Source: a virus
Lineage: Duplodnaviria; Heunggongvirae; Uroviricota; Caudoviricetes
Strand: one strand, 5' to 3'
Virus record (IMG/VR): IMGVR_UViG_2518285548_000002
Coordinates: 1 to 64,000 of that record
DNA length: 64,000 nt
The position numbers were made by a program, and so were the translations under genes. Below, piece after piece: positions 28,971 through 37,890 of the stretch. Below the pieces are notes generated by a model. That model was not told the DNA's origin. It made no database searches and worked only from the letters and a program-made list of their open reading frames with translations. How positions within the stretch are numbered: the stretch's first letter is position 1; every line of letters begins with the position of its first letter.

Positions 28971-29123
28971 ATGGTGTCTTTTTTGACAGCTGTCGTCCTG
29001 TTTAGTCTATTAGGTTACCTATATTTCAATTCTGAAGTAAACCCAATGATACTGATCTTATTAGGGATATCAGCTTCCGTAAATGTGTATCGTGGGTTCA
29101 AAGAATTAAAGAAAAAATCGTAG
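28971..29123 (+). CDS. small hydrophobic membrane protein (50 aa)
   Basis: GGAAGGAGAGAG RBS; not in track. Confidence 0.4.
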   Translation: MVSFLTAVVLFSLLGYLYFNSEVNPMILILLGISASVNVYRGFKELKKKS

Positions 29124-29318
29124 TATTTAAAATACGATTTACAGATCGTGTCCCGATAATAACTTTTAAATAGACAAACGTCAGAGTCTCTTGTATTCTG
29201 ACGTTTGTCTTATTATTTAGATTTAAGTTACACTTTTATTTACAAACTAAATTACTTGTTTTGAGTCTCCTGTCTACTTGCAATCTACATCCGTAGATAA
29301 TAGTGGCTGACCGCTCGA

Positions 29319-29936
29319 TTACTTACCAGTTGTTGCTGTCTGAACAGTCACTTTGGACTGACCTGCGGCTACAACAGCATTAGTAGCGATAGATTCAACA
29401 CGGCTGTTAGCAGATTTCAGTTCCTCACGCAATGTTTCGATCATATCTTCCTGAGAACTTACTGTTTCTTCAAGTGTAGCGATGCGGTTTTCAAGAACAC
29501 GCTTGTCGGCTTTGTTCTCGGCATCCTGCAAACGAATCTCGTTGTCGAAATCTTTCTTCGCATCTGTCTTACCTTTATTGAAGCCTTGTGTTTCCGCTTT
29601 AGCCAACAGGTCAGGAATAGCGTCTACCTTAGCTTTAAGTGTTTCCATACTTTGCTCTGCATGGTCGATTGCGTTTTCACGTTCAACTACTTTAGCTTCA
29701 CGATCAGCTACTTCTTTTACTCGATCTTGTAACTCTGTTTCGAGGCTATCTTCACGAGCACGTTTCTCTTTATTGAACTGGTACAGGTCTTCTTCTTTCT
29801 GGCGAGCCAGTTCTTTTTTCCATGTCGCCGCTTGCTCTGCTTTTTCAACTTCAAACTCCTGGCGAGCTTCTTCAATTACAAGTGCGTATGCGTCTAGTAA
29901 AGCCTTTTTAGTTTCTTGAGTAGTTTTCTTAGCCAT
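29319..29936 (-). CDS. coiled-coil protein
   Basis: ORF, heptad-rich E/K/A sequence. Confidence 0.6.
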   Translation of the reverse strand: MAKKTTQETKKALLDAYALVIEEARQEFEVEKAEQAATWKKELARQKEEDLYQFNKEKRAREDSLETELQDRVKEVADREAKVVERENAIDHAEQSMETLKAKVDAIPDLLAKAETQGFNKGKTDAKKDFDNEIRLQDAENKADKRVLENRIATLEETVSSQEDMIETLREELKSANSRVESIATNAVVAAGQSKVTVQTATTGK

Positions 29937-29974
29937 TTTCTCATTTCCCCCTGTTTTCTCTTGTTAGGTTGCTG

Positions 29975-30120
29975 AAGTGTGGGAGTCAAACCCACTTTGC
30001 AACGGGTATGAGCCGCGCTAGAAACCGTCCTAGCCACCAGCAACAGAGACCGTAGGTGGATTTGAACCACCGATACTTTCACCCATTCTATTCGTGAGCA
30101 GGAATCGAACCTGCGTGGAA
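29975..30120 (-). other. three tRNA 3'-half-like fragments (T-arm + acceptor strand)
   Basis: Minus-strand GTGGG-TTTGACT-CCCAC, GGTGG-TTCAAAT-CCACC, GCAGG-TTCGATT-CCTGC, each followed by 7 nt + discriminator; none folds into a full cloverleaf by eye. Confidence 0.4.
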
Positions 30121-30137
30121 GTGCCCCATAACGGTCA

Positions 30138-30211
30138 TGGCAACGGATACAGGAATCGAACCTGTGCGAACGGCTTCAAAGACCGTTGTTCTACCACTAA
30201 ACTAATCCCCT
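30138..30211 (-). tRNA. tRNA-like gene, anticodon UUG (Gln-like), one G.G mismatch in acceptor stem
   Basis: Manual fold: acceptor AGGGGAT/ATCCGTT, D-arm GTTT-AGTGGTA-GAAC, anticodon stem-loop ACGGT-CTTTGAA-GCCGT, T-arm ACAGG-TTCGATT-CCTGT, encoded CCA. Confidence 0.4.
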
Positions 30212-30306
30212 ACACCCCATATTGGCACACCCTTGTGCGCTGTGAGACTCGCTCACTCGCGTGGTGTGATCTGTTAAAACCTAGATTAGGGATGATTTCG
30301 TAGAAT

Positions 30307-30469
30307 CTAACGCTTTTTCAAAAATATTTTCCACTTACTGATCTCCCGAGCACCTTCGTTAGGAAGGGTGATTCCACAATAGGTTGGGTCTTTAATGCAA
30401 CCGTAGTGGGATTCTTCATTAACCGCTATCCTATGCCATTCTTGGATTAGCTCCGTAGTGCTAAGCATC
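30307..30469 (-). CDS. small hypothetical protein (start at internal Met overlapping upstream stop, ATGCTTAG)
   Basis: AGGAGGA RBS. Confidence 0.35.
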
Positions 30470-30622
30470 TTCGCTATCTTCCTCCTGTTCCTTCTTGGCT
30501 TCGATATCATTCTCAGACGCTCCGCAGTCAGGGCAGAATGAGTGCTGACAGCAAGGACAACTCACTAGGAAAGACATGCAATCAGGGCAATCGTACATAT
30601 TAGAATCATCTCCTTTCTTCAT
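30461..30622 (-). CDS. small Cys-rich protein (CPDC..CPCC..CPDC)
   Basis: Not in track; GGAG RBS. Confidence 0.35.
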   Translation of the reverse strand: MKKGDDSNMYDCPDCMSFLVSCPCCQHSFCPDCGASENDIEAKKEQEEDSEDA

Positions 30623-30664
30623 TAGAATAGGAAAAAGAGAGGATTTCTCCTCCCTCTCTCTTCT

Positions 30665-31525
30665 TTATTTGCCAGCCGTAGGTAATGCAGGGAGTTGTGT
30701 GATCGTATTACCACCCATTACCTGAGGGTACTTACCATCCCAACGCTTAGCCATTTCGTAGTCGATTAAATGTTGAGTGATAGACTGTTGGAGCTTAGCG
30801 TTCGCCTGAGCTGTACCTTGAGCTTCCGCAATCTTGGCTTCGGCGTTACCTTGAGCTTCCACCAACTGCTTTTCAGCAGTTACTTCAGCTTGAGCCTTTT
30901 CGATCTTCAACTGCTCAAGCTTGAGCTGTGAGTCAACTAAGGACTGAATAGCCTTGAGAGATTCACCGTCAGGCTCAATTTTACTGAAGTTAAAGGTTTC
31001 GATCACGATTCCAACAGAGTCAAGGTCTTTCTTAAATGCTTCCATAACCTTTACGTTAATCTCGCCACGTTTATCACCATATACTTCAAGCACACCGTAA
31101 TTTGAAGTTATTGTCTGGATGGTAGCAGAGAGGCGGTCTTTCATGTAGGTCGCTTCAATGTCATCATCAGAGCGACCACGGAACTTGGCAAATAAATGTG
31201 GTATACGTTTCTCATCCATATGGTAAGAATACATTAACTCGGCTGTTACGACTTTGCCATCCTTCGTTGCTATACGGAATGCACTTTCTCCCTTGTAATG
31301 TACGGTTTCAGTGCTAATTGGGTATTCTGTCACTTTTTGAGTAGGATAAACTGTGTGCCAACCAGGTTTCAAGGTTTCTTCCTCTAATCCACCTGAGCGG
31401 TCGTATACCACACCAACATACCCAGGGGATATTATGGTTAATGTCAACGCCAGATAGATCAGTACACCAATTATGAGAGTACCTACTAAACTACCACCAA
31501 GGACGAACCAGTTACGATTACTCAT
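30665..31525 (-). CDS. SPFH/band-7 (prohibitin/stomatin-like) membrane protein
   Basis: N-terminal TM helix then SPFH-like domain and coiled-coil. Confidence 0.75.
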   Translation of the reverse strand: MSNRNWFVLGGSLVGTLIIGVLIYLALTLTIISPGYVGVVYDRSGGLEEETLKPGWHTVYPTQKVTEYPISTETVHYKGESAFRIATKDGKVVTAELMYSYHMDEKRIPHLFAKFRGRSDDDIEATYMKDRLSATIQTITSNYGVLEVYGDKRGEINVKVMEAFKKDLDSVGIVIETFNFSKIEPDGESLKAIQSLVDSQLKLEQLKIEKAQAEVTAEKQLVEAQGNAEAKIAEAQGTAQANAKLQQSITQHLIDYEMAKRWDGKYPQVMGGNTITQLPALPTAGK

Positions 31526-31654
31526 ACAATCTACCCCTCTTCTTTATCTTTTAAATTGTCAATGAACGGTTTTGCTAATCTCCTTACGAACTTCGCTACT
31601 CGGACGAAGATCACAGCCGCAAAGAACCAGAAGGCTAGAGCGGCTAAAATCACG

Positions 31655-31909
31655 CTAAACAAAAGTGCAATCAATGTACCCAATGGCAATCACGTCCCTC
31701 TCTGCGATAAGGTTCCCCTCATCGACATGTTGATCTCGGAGGTAATCCGATGTGCAGTCTGTGTGAGTGATCTCACCTCCATGCAGAACGTCAATGTTGT
31801 CGCCTTCAACAATGTCTTCCTCGCAGTAGGGGCAGGTCTTACCGATAGGCAGTGGCTCGTCTTTGTGATCGGGAGCCTTAAATCTGTCCATCATTTTATT
31901 CCCCCTCAC
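31655..31909 (-). CDS. hypothetical zinc-ribbon protein
   Basis: CPYC...HTDC. Confidence 0.5.
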   Translation of the reverse strand: MRGNKMMDRFKAPDHKDEPLPIGKTCPYCEEDIVEGDNIDVLHGGEITHTDCTSDYLRDQHVDEGNLIAERDVIAIGYIDCTFV

Positions 31910-31913
31910 TTCC

Positions 31914-31942
31914 TCTATACGAGGTCATTCCTTGAGAGTTAA
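31914..31942 (-). promoter_or_regulatory. promoter-like motif P3 (TTAACT-N17-TATAGAG)
   Basis: Immediately upstream of 31909 start with GAGGGGG RBS. Confidence 0.5.
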
Positions 31943-32203
31943 GGCTTTAATTTAATGCAGGTTCTTTCTGTATAAAATGGAATGAACGATTTTTGGAGGC
32001 ACAGCAAAGGGCTGATAAAGTATTGTGCTCAAATCTATATCATTACTGCTGAAGAGTTCGAGATCAAGGAACGAGCAAAGGAAGTTGCCAAACCATAGAT
32101 AACTTACCAAATAGACCCGCCCCTCTCATGTAGAGGGGTTTTTCGTGATGCGTTTTGGTGCGTTCAGCCTAACCTAAGAGATAAAGCGAAAGAGGTGAGG
32201 TCA

Positions 32204-32803
32204 ATGGCAGAGGAGAGAAATAGTGAACTCTCACTTACCTCGAAGCAAAGCAAGATCGTTAAGTACAAACTTGAGGAAGATGTAGTGAACCTTCGCTTGA
32301 GCGGTATGTCCTATCAGCAGATCGCTGACGAGATGAACGCGAGTGGGAAAGTTCCTGATGGTGATCTTCTCGATAAGTACGTGGTCATGCGATTCTTCGA
32401 GAAACTTCCTGATATTAACAAACAGATCGTGAAGGAAGACAAACGAAGACTTGTTCAAGTCGTAAACAACCACTTGGATATTATCCATGAGGTAACTTCT
32501 CTATTCAATAAAACTAAGGTGCTTCTCGAAGCTATGGAAGAAGATGCTTACGAAAAGGGTAAGTTTGTTAACCCGTACCAGTACAAGGCATTAGTTTCCG
32601 AGATGCGAGAGTTCTTGAAGCAAATGACCGAAATTCAGAAAGAGATCAACGACTACAATAACATCCGAAAGTTCATGGAAATTGTCCTATCCACACTTCA
32701 AGATGAATGTCCTGAGAAGATTCCTGTGATCGCGGAGAAATTGAAAATGGCTAAGGGAACAACATGGTTTGCAGACATGATGAGGGGGAAGCCGAATGAG
32801 TAA
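32204..32803 (+). CDS. putative terminase small subunit / HTH DNA-binding protein
   Basis: HTH-like SYQQIADEM; position upstream of TerL; AAGAGGTGAGG RBS. Confidence 0.4.
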   Translation: MAEERNSELSLTSKQSKIVKYKLEEDVVNLRLSGMSYQQIADEMNASGKVPDGDLLDKYVVMRFFEKLPDINKQIVKEDKRRLVQVVNNHLDIIHEVTSLFNKTKVLLEAMEEDAYEKGKFVNPYQYKALVSEMREFLKQMTEIQKEINDYNNIRKFMEIVLSTLQDECPEKIPVIAEKLKMAKGTTWFADMMRGKPNE

Positions 32804-33341
32804 GCACGGAGAGCTGACGGTGTTTTGGGGAACTATGTTCGCGGGTAAATCAACAAATCTGATCACCAACTTAAAAGAAGCGGGTGCAGGTGCGATCTGT
32901 TTCAAGCCTTACTCAGATAATAGGGACGAGCCTAATGTTATTAGAACGCATGACGGTCTTATGTACCCAGTAACGAGGGTAAAAAAGGCAAGCGAAATAC
33001 TTCTACACGTTAATCCAGGTCTGACTACTGTGGGAATTGAGGAAGCATCTTTGTTCTACGAAGACCCGACTCTTATACCAACTATTCAAACACTAAGGGA
33101 GATCGGAGTTAACGTAGTAGTAACTGGATTGGATATGGACAGGCATGGAGTCCCATTCTCCCAAATGCCCTCTATCGCGGCAATTGCTGATAACTGTTTC
33201 AAATTGAGAACTCGGTGCTCGTGTGGGGAGTTTGCTTCACTTAACTACTACAGAGGTGACGGTAGCACATTTGTAGCTCGGGACGACATGTACGAGCCTA
33301 TGTGCAGAACATGTTTCTCAAAGCAGAAGCCATCCCTTTAA
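32796..33341 (+). CDS. tdk: thymidine kinase
   Basis: P-loop GTMFAGKST, VGIEEASLF, C-terminal Cx2C..Cx2C zinc ribbon. Confidence 0.85.
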   Translation: MSKHGELTVFWGTMFAGKSTNLITNLKEAGAGAICFKPYSDNRDEPNVIRTHDGLMYPVTRVKKASEILLHVNPGLTTVGIEEASLFYEDPTLIPTIQTLREIGVNVVVTGLDMDRHGVPFSQMPSIAAIADNCFKLRTRCSCGEFASLNYYRGDGSTFVARDDMYEPMCRTCFSKQKPSL

Positions 33342-33387
33342 CAGGATGGCTTCTCTATAGGAGGGGTATTAATCGTTCTCTACTTTC

Positions 33388-33416
33388 TCTATACGAAAGA
33401 ACCTACTGAGAGTTAA
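33388..33416 (-). promoter_or_regulatory. promoter-like motif P4 (TTAACT-N17-TATAGAG), no obvious minus-strand gene downstream
   Basis: Direct repeat of P3 (CTCTATACGA-N10-TGAGAGTTAAGG). Confidence 0.35.
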
Positions 33417-33431
33417 GGACGGTGAACATAA

Positions 33432-35135
33432 ATGGGTGATTTTTTAGGGAACTTGATGGACGACTTCATAAATCTTGCGGAAGGTAATATTCAGAAAACA
33501 GGTATTTGGCGGGAGGAGCCTGTTGATCTAATAACCTTTTTCTCATCTAAGGACTTCTGTAACGAGAAGCCATACCCTGGTAAGCAGACTGAGCTTTTAG
33601 AGAAGTGCAATTCTATCTTATGGTACAAGATGACAGGTGACGAAAAGCTGTGCGCTGAAGACCTCAGACAGATCACAGAGCTTGTTGTGATGTTTGGTAA
33701 GGGGTCGGGCAAGGACTTCCTGGCATCGGGTATCTTGGCTTACGTAGGCTACCTTCTGTGCTGTATGAACGACCCTCAGGATTACTTCGGCTTTGGTCAG
33801 GATGAGAATATCGACCTTGTAAACGTGGCAATTAATGCCTATCAAGCAAACAACGTATACTTCAAGAAGCTGAAGGCGCGTCTGAACAATTGTCCATGGT
33901 TCAAGAGGGTTTCTTCTGAACCTAAAGCTTATAATGAGTTCCAACTCACTAAGAACCAAATCCGATTCTACAAAAACATTACAGCTCACAGTGCCCACTC
34001 AGAAGCAGATTCATTTGAGGGATACAATCCTCTCGTTATTATCTTTGACGAGATCGCGGGTTTCGAGTACGACAAGGCTGAGGACGCTTATGCGACTTTC
34101 CGTTCCTCCGCTCTCTCTCGTTATGAGAGTAAGGCTTTTATGATTTTCATTTCGTTCCCGCGTTCCCAAGACGACTTTATGTTCAAAAAGTACGAAGAGT
34201 ATCTGCAAGGAGACCCTGAGGTTTATGGTATGATCGGGAAGACGTGGGAGGTAAACACATCCAAGAGTCAAGCTTCCTTCAAGAAGGACTATGACCGAGA
34301 CCCTGAAGGCTCTATGATGAAGTATGAGTGTATACCTCCGAAATACAAAGAAGGTCTATTCCAGTTTCCTGAACGAATTGACGAGGTTATCAAGGTTGGG
34401 AAGCAGTCGCAATGTCCTAACCTTGTTGTACAGACTAAAATTTCCACACGCACCCTCCAAAACGGTGTAGAGCGCCACTTCCTTGGTCTTGAGTTACATA
34501 ATCTTGCACTAGACCCTAGCTTCACCTACTACCTTGGTGGTGACGGGGGTGTAGAAACAGACTCCTACTGTATCTCTCTATTCCACGCGGAGCCTACGAT
34601 TATTCAGATAAATGAGGGTGGAGGGATAATTGAGAAGTGGGTTAATAAGCCTGTAGAAGACCTTATCCTTGAGTGGAAGCCTTCCAAGAAGGAGAGGCTA
34701 CCTGTTGATCTCCTGAACGTAGCAGAGGTACTTGAGATGATCTGTCAGCAAGTGCATGTTAAGAAGGCAATTTTCGATAAGTTTAACTCCGCAGATGTCG
34801 TTCAGCGGCTCATGCAGTACGGGGTTGAAGCCGAGGACAAGAACTGGTCTAATCCGTTCCAATTGCAAATCTACACCAACCTCAAGGGTTTGATCTATAC
34901 GGGGATGATTGAGCTTCTTGACCATGTAATCCCTGAGGATACTCACATGAACGCCAATGAGGAGCTACGTAACCTCAAGCTTATTAATGGGAATAAGATT
35001 GACCACGACAAGGACAAAACTAAAGACTTCTCCGATGCCCGTGCAGGAGCTACTTGGATTTGTTCCATGGATGAAGTCGAGTCAACTGAGCACTTTGCTA
35101 TGCCAGTAATCCAAGGAGCACGTAGAAAGTCGTAG
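33432..35135 (+). CDS. terminase large subunit
   Basis: Walker A GKGSGKD, ATPase + nuclease-like C-terminal region, size 567 aa. Confidence 0.8.
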   Translation: MGDFLGNLMDDFINLAEGNIQKTGIWREEPVDLITFFSSKDFCNEKPYPGKQTELLEKCNSILWYKMTGDEKLCAEDLRQITELVVMFGKGSGKDFLASGILAYVGYLLCCMNDPQDYFGFGQDENIDLVNVAINAYQANNVYFKKLKARLNNCPWFKRVSSEPKAYNEFQLTKNQIRFYKNITAHSAHSEADSFEGYNPLVIIFDEIAGFEYDKAEDAYATFRSSALSRYESKAFMIFISFPRSQDDFMFKKYEEYLQGDPEVYGMIGKTWEVNTSKSQASFKKDYDRDPEGSMMKYECIPPKYKEGLFQFPERIDEVIKVGKQSQCPNLVVQTKISTRTLQNGVERHFLGLELHNLALDPSFTYYLGGDGGVETDSYCISLFHAEPTIIQINEGGGIIEKWVNKPVEDLILEWKPSKKERLPVDLLNVAEVLEMICQQVHVKKAIFDKFNSADVVQRLMQYGVEAEDKNWSNPFQLQIYTNLKGLIYTGMIELLDHVIPEDTHMNANEELRNLKLINGNKIDHDKDKTKDFSDARAGATWICSMDEVESTEHFAMPVIQGARRKS

Positions 35136-35149
35136 ATGCTTTAGTGCGA

Positions 35150-35235
35150 TAAAATCCTGTTTTTTGGGATATTAAATCCTATTTTTTGGGACGTGAAATC
35201 CTGTTTTTTGGGACATGAAATCCCAAAATTTGAGC
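35150..35235 (+). repeat. three tandem ~22-bp direct repeats (AAATCCTGTTTTTTGGGAC) plus one inverted partial copy
   Basis: Directly visible downstream of terL stop. Confidence 0.7.
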
Positions 35236-35447
35236 ACAAAGAATATAAAGATGATAATAACCAATCTGAGCATAACCAATGCTAATATTCCCTCGCGTTG
35301 CGCGGGACTTTCTTCCAAGGAGTCTACCACTTTTGGTAGGCTCTTTTCTTATACCCTCCCCAACCCCTCCCGCGTCAGGACTTGCGTTGCCGCCTACTTG
35401 TTTCGGTCTAGTCTATATAAAGACTAAATAAGGGGAGGAGAAAGTGA

Positions 35448-36221
35448 ATGAAGCAGTTCTTATCGGGATACAGCGGCTCTCACCAGTCGATGTACGTTCT
35501 ACCGATTGGAGACATCCACTTCGGAAACAGGTACCACAATCCCAAATATCTTGACAAAGCATTGCAGTTTGCTGTTAAGAACCGAAATCGTACTCGCATT
35601 CTATTGATGGGAGACTTAATGGAGGTAGCTACTAAGACATCTGTAGGACGGTCTGTTTACGATGAAGCATACCCAACTCAAAGACAGTTTGAGATCGCAG
35701 TGGAGACATTTAGACCTGTAGCAGACCTTATAGACATTGTAATCGAAGGTAATCACGAGGAGCGAATCATACGAGACACCTCTTTTGAGATCATGCAAGA
35801 GTTTTGTCATCGAATTGGTCGTCCTGATGCTTATGGCAAGTTCTCTGGAATTGTGAACTTCAATCTTGGTAGTGGGCAGACATATTCCACATACGCATGG
35901 CACGGAGCCACTGGCGGTACAACGGAATCGTCTGTTATCAATGCCATGTTAAAGATGCGTGAGACTGCAATAGCGCATATGTACTTCATGGGTCACACTC
36001 ATAAACTCCTGAAGTTTGAACGTGAAGTATTCTTACCCGCGCCTGGGAAAGACGAGCCTGTAGTACTCAAGCAGATGTTCGTCAACACAGGTGCATCCCT
36101 CGAACACGGCGGATACGGTGAGCAGAAAGGGTTCCCTGCGAGTCTCCCAGGATACGGAGTAGTTCAACTGTTCGCGGAGGAGCATCGAAAAGTGTTCCAC
36201 AAGATTGATGACTTGATTTAA
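35448..36221 (+). CDS. calcineurin-like metallophosphoesterase
   Basis: GDIHFG, LMGDL, GNHE, GHTH motifs. Confidence 0.75.
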   Translation: MKQFLSGYSGSHQSMYVLPIGDIHFGNRYHNPKYLDKALQFAVKNRNRTRILLMGDLMEVATKTSVGRSVYDEAYPTQRQFEIAVETFRPVADLIDIVIEGNHEERIIRDTSFEIMQEFCHRIGRPDAYGKFSGIVNFNLGSGQTYSTYAWHGATGGTTESSVINAMLKMRETAIAHMYFMGHTHKLLKFEREVFLPAPGKDEPVVLKQMFVNTGASLEHGGYGEQKGFPASLPGYGVVQLFAEEHRKVFHKIDDLI

Positions 36222-36236
36222 GAGGAGGTGTGACGA

Positions 36237-37832
36237 GTGGGTTTACTTGATAGATTTACAAGCCTGTTCCGCAGGAAGAAGCCCGAGCAACAAAGCCGAC
36301 AGACCTATCAGCAGTATCAGCAGAAGGCTCCCGAAAAGAAGGGGTTCTTCGGTAATCTGTTCGGTGGCGGTAGTAAGCGCGGTCAACGACTTGCCGCAGG
36401 TGAGATTATAACCAGTAGTGACCCGTTGTGGACGGGTGAAAGCACTTCTGAGTTTGGCGGCACCCGTACCACGATTCCTAAGTTTGCATCGGGCGGCGGT
36501 GGCGCGGGTGGTGCATTACCTCGGAGAGTTCAGAGGGACATGCGTCTTGATGATCGGAGCTTGTCAGGCTCTTCCATTGAAGACCTTATCGACATCCTTA
36601 TGGATGCTCACCCTGATATGTCCTTTGCGCTTTGGAACTTCCTGCGACTTGGGCGAGGAAAGTTCACCACAAAGGTGTACAAGGTCGGCAGTGATAAGAA
36701 CGACAAGGCAGGGGAGAAGCTGATTCAACAGCTTTTCCAACGGCTTGAAGCTCCTAACATCATGCAATTTGAGCCATCTCACTCAATTCATAAGGTTCTG
36801 AACCAGTTGTTGCTTAGCGTGGTCACCCGTGGGGCGGGGGCACTTGAATTGGTTCTGACCCAGGATTTGCAGAACGTGGCTTTCCTGGCACCAGTTGACC
36901 CAGGGACGATCACATTCAAGTTTGAGCAAGACCGCTACGTGCCGTACCAAGACACTGACAAGGTAAACCTGGACATTCCTACGTTCCTGTACGAGACACT
37001 AGATGCCCGCGTAGACGACCCTTACGGACGATCTCCGCTACTGGGAGCAATTAACACGGTAATGTTCCAGATGCAGGTCTTGAACGACATCAAGGCGGTT
37101 GTCCATAACCAAGGTTATCCGAGGTTTGACATTACGATTCTTGAGGATGTTCTTCTACAAAGGATGCCTGTGAACATTCGAAATAACGAATTGGCAAAAC
37201 AGAAGTGGTTGAATGAGAAGCTGAAAGAAATTATCGACATGTACAACAACCTGGAAGTCGATGACACGTTTGTTCACTTCAACAGCATCGAGATCGGAAT
37301 GGTTGGTGGTAAGGGCGGCAGTGGTGGCGGTTCCTTGATCGACCCTGAGAAGCTGATGCGTGCTATAGATGGACTCATCACAGCAGGTCTCAAGACGCTC
37401 TCCACGATCTTGGGTAGACGCTCCACTGGTAACACTGAAAGCTTTGCCAAGATGGAGATTAAGCTCTACCTGAAGGGCGTAGAAGCCATGCAAGAGGTTG
37501 TCGAGCGTATTATGAGTCGCGCACTCACGCTGTACCTCAACATCATGGGTAAGCAAGGAATCGTGGAGTTTAAGTTCGAGCCAGTTGAAATCCGCACAGA
37601 GCTTGAGCAAGCACAATTCGAGCAAATAGCACTTCAAAACTGGGCGTACAAGCGTGACCAAGGATGGATTGACCAAGAAATGGCATCTATTGGTGCTGTG
37701 GGAACTCCTGCGGTGGCTGAGCCTGACTGGGAGCACTTGGGTAAGAGTACGGTTCAGAACAAGGATGGAAGTGACACGAAAGGAACCACAGACGAGAAGG
37801 ACGCGACAGACCCCTCAGACACGACCAAGTGA
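36237..37832 (+). CDS. putative portal protein
   Basis: Size/position after TerL; Gly-rich N-term, acidic C-term. Confidence 0.5.
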   Translation: MGLLDRFTSLFRRKKPEQQSRQTYQQYQQKAPEKKGFFGNLFGGGSKRGQRLAAGEIITSSDPLWTGESTSEFGGTRTTIPKFASGGGGAGGALPRRVQRDMRLDDRSLSGSSIEDLIDILMDAHPDMSFALWNFLRLGRGKFTTKVYKVGSDKNDKAGEKLIQQLFQRLEAPNIMQFEPSHSIHKVLNQLLLSVVTRGAGALELVLTQDLQNVAFLAPVDPGTITFKFEQDRYVPYQDTDKVNLDIPTFLYETLDARVDDPYGRSPLLGAINTVMFQMQVLNDIKAVVHNQGYPRFDITILEDVLLQRMPVNIRNNELAKQKWLNEKLKEIIDMYNNLEVDDTFVHFNSIEIGMVGGKGGSGGGSLIDPEKLMRAIDGLITAGLKTLSTILGRRSTGNTESFAKMEIKLYLKGVEAMQEVVERIMSRALTLYLNIMGKQGIVEFKFEPVEIRTELEQAQFEQIALQNWAYKRDQGWIDQEMASIGAVGTPAVAEPDWEHLGKSTVQNKDGSDTKGTTDEKDATDPSDTTK

Positions 37833-37890
37833 CGTTTGAGGAGAAGTGTCTACTCTAAGTTTAGAATAGATGAATCAAGGAGGTGTTCAC

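Noticed and set aside
29975-30120. Calling the three T-arm fragments full tRNA genes
   Set aside because: Could not fold D- and anticodon arms by eye, and spacing between fragments (~50 nt) is too short for complete tRNAs.
35215-35427. 70-aa plus ORF
   Set aside because: Starts inside the tandem-repeat array with no RBS; the region is more plausibly regulatory.
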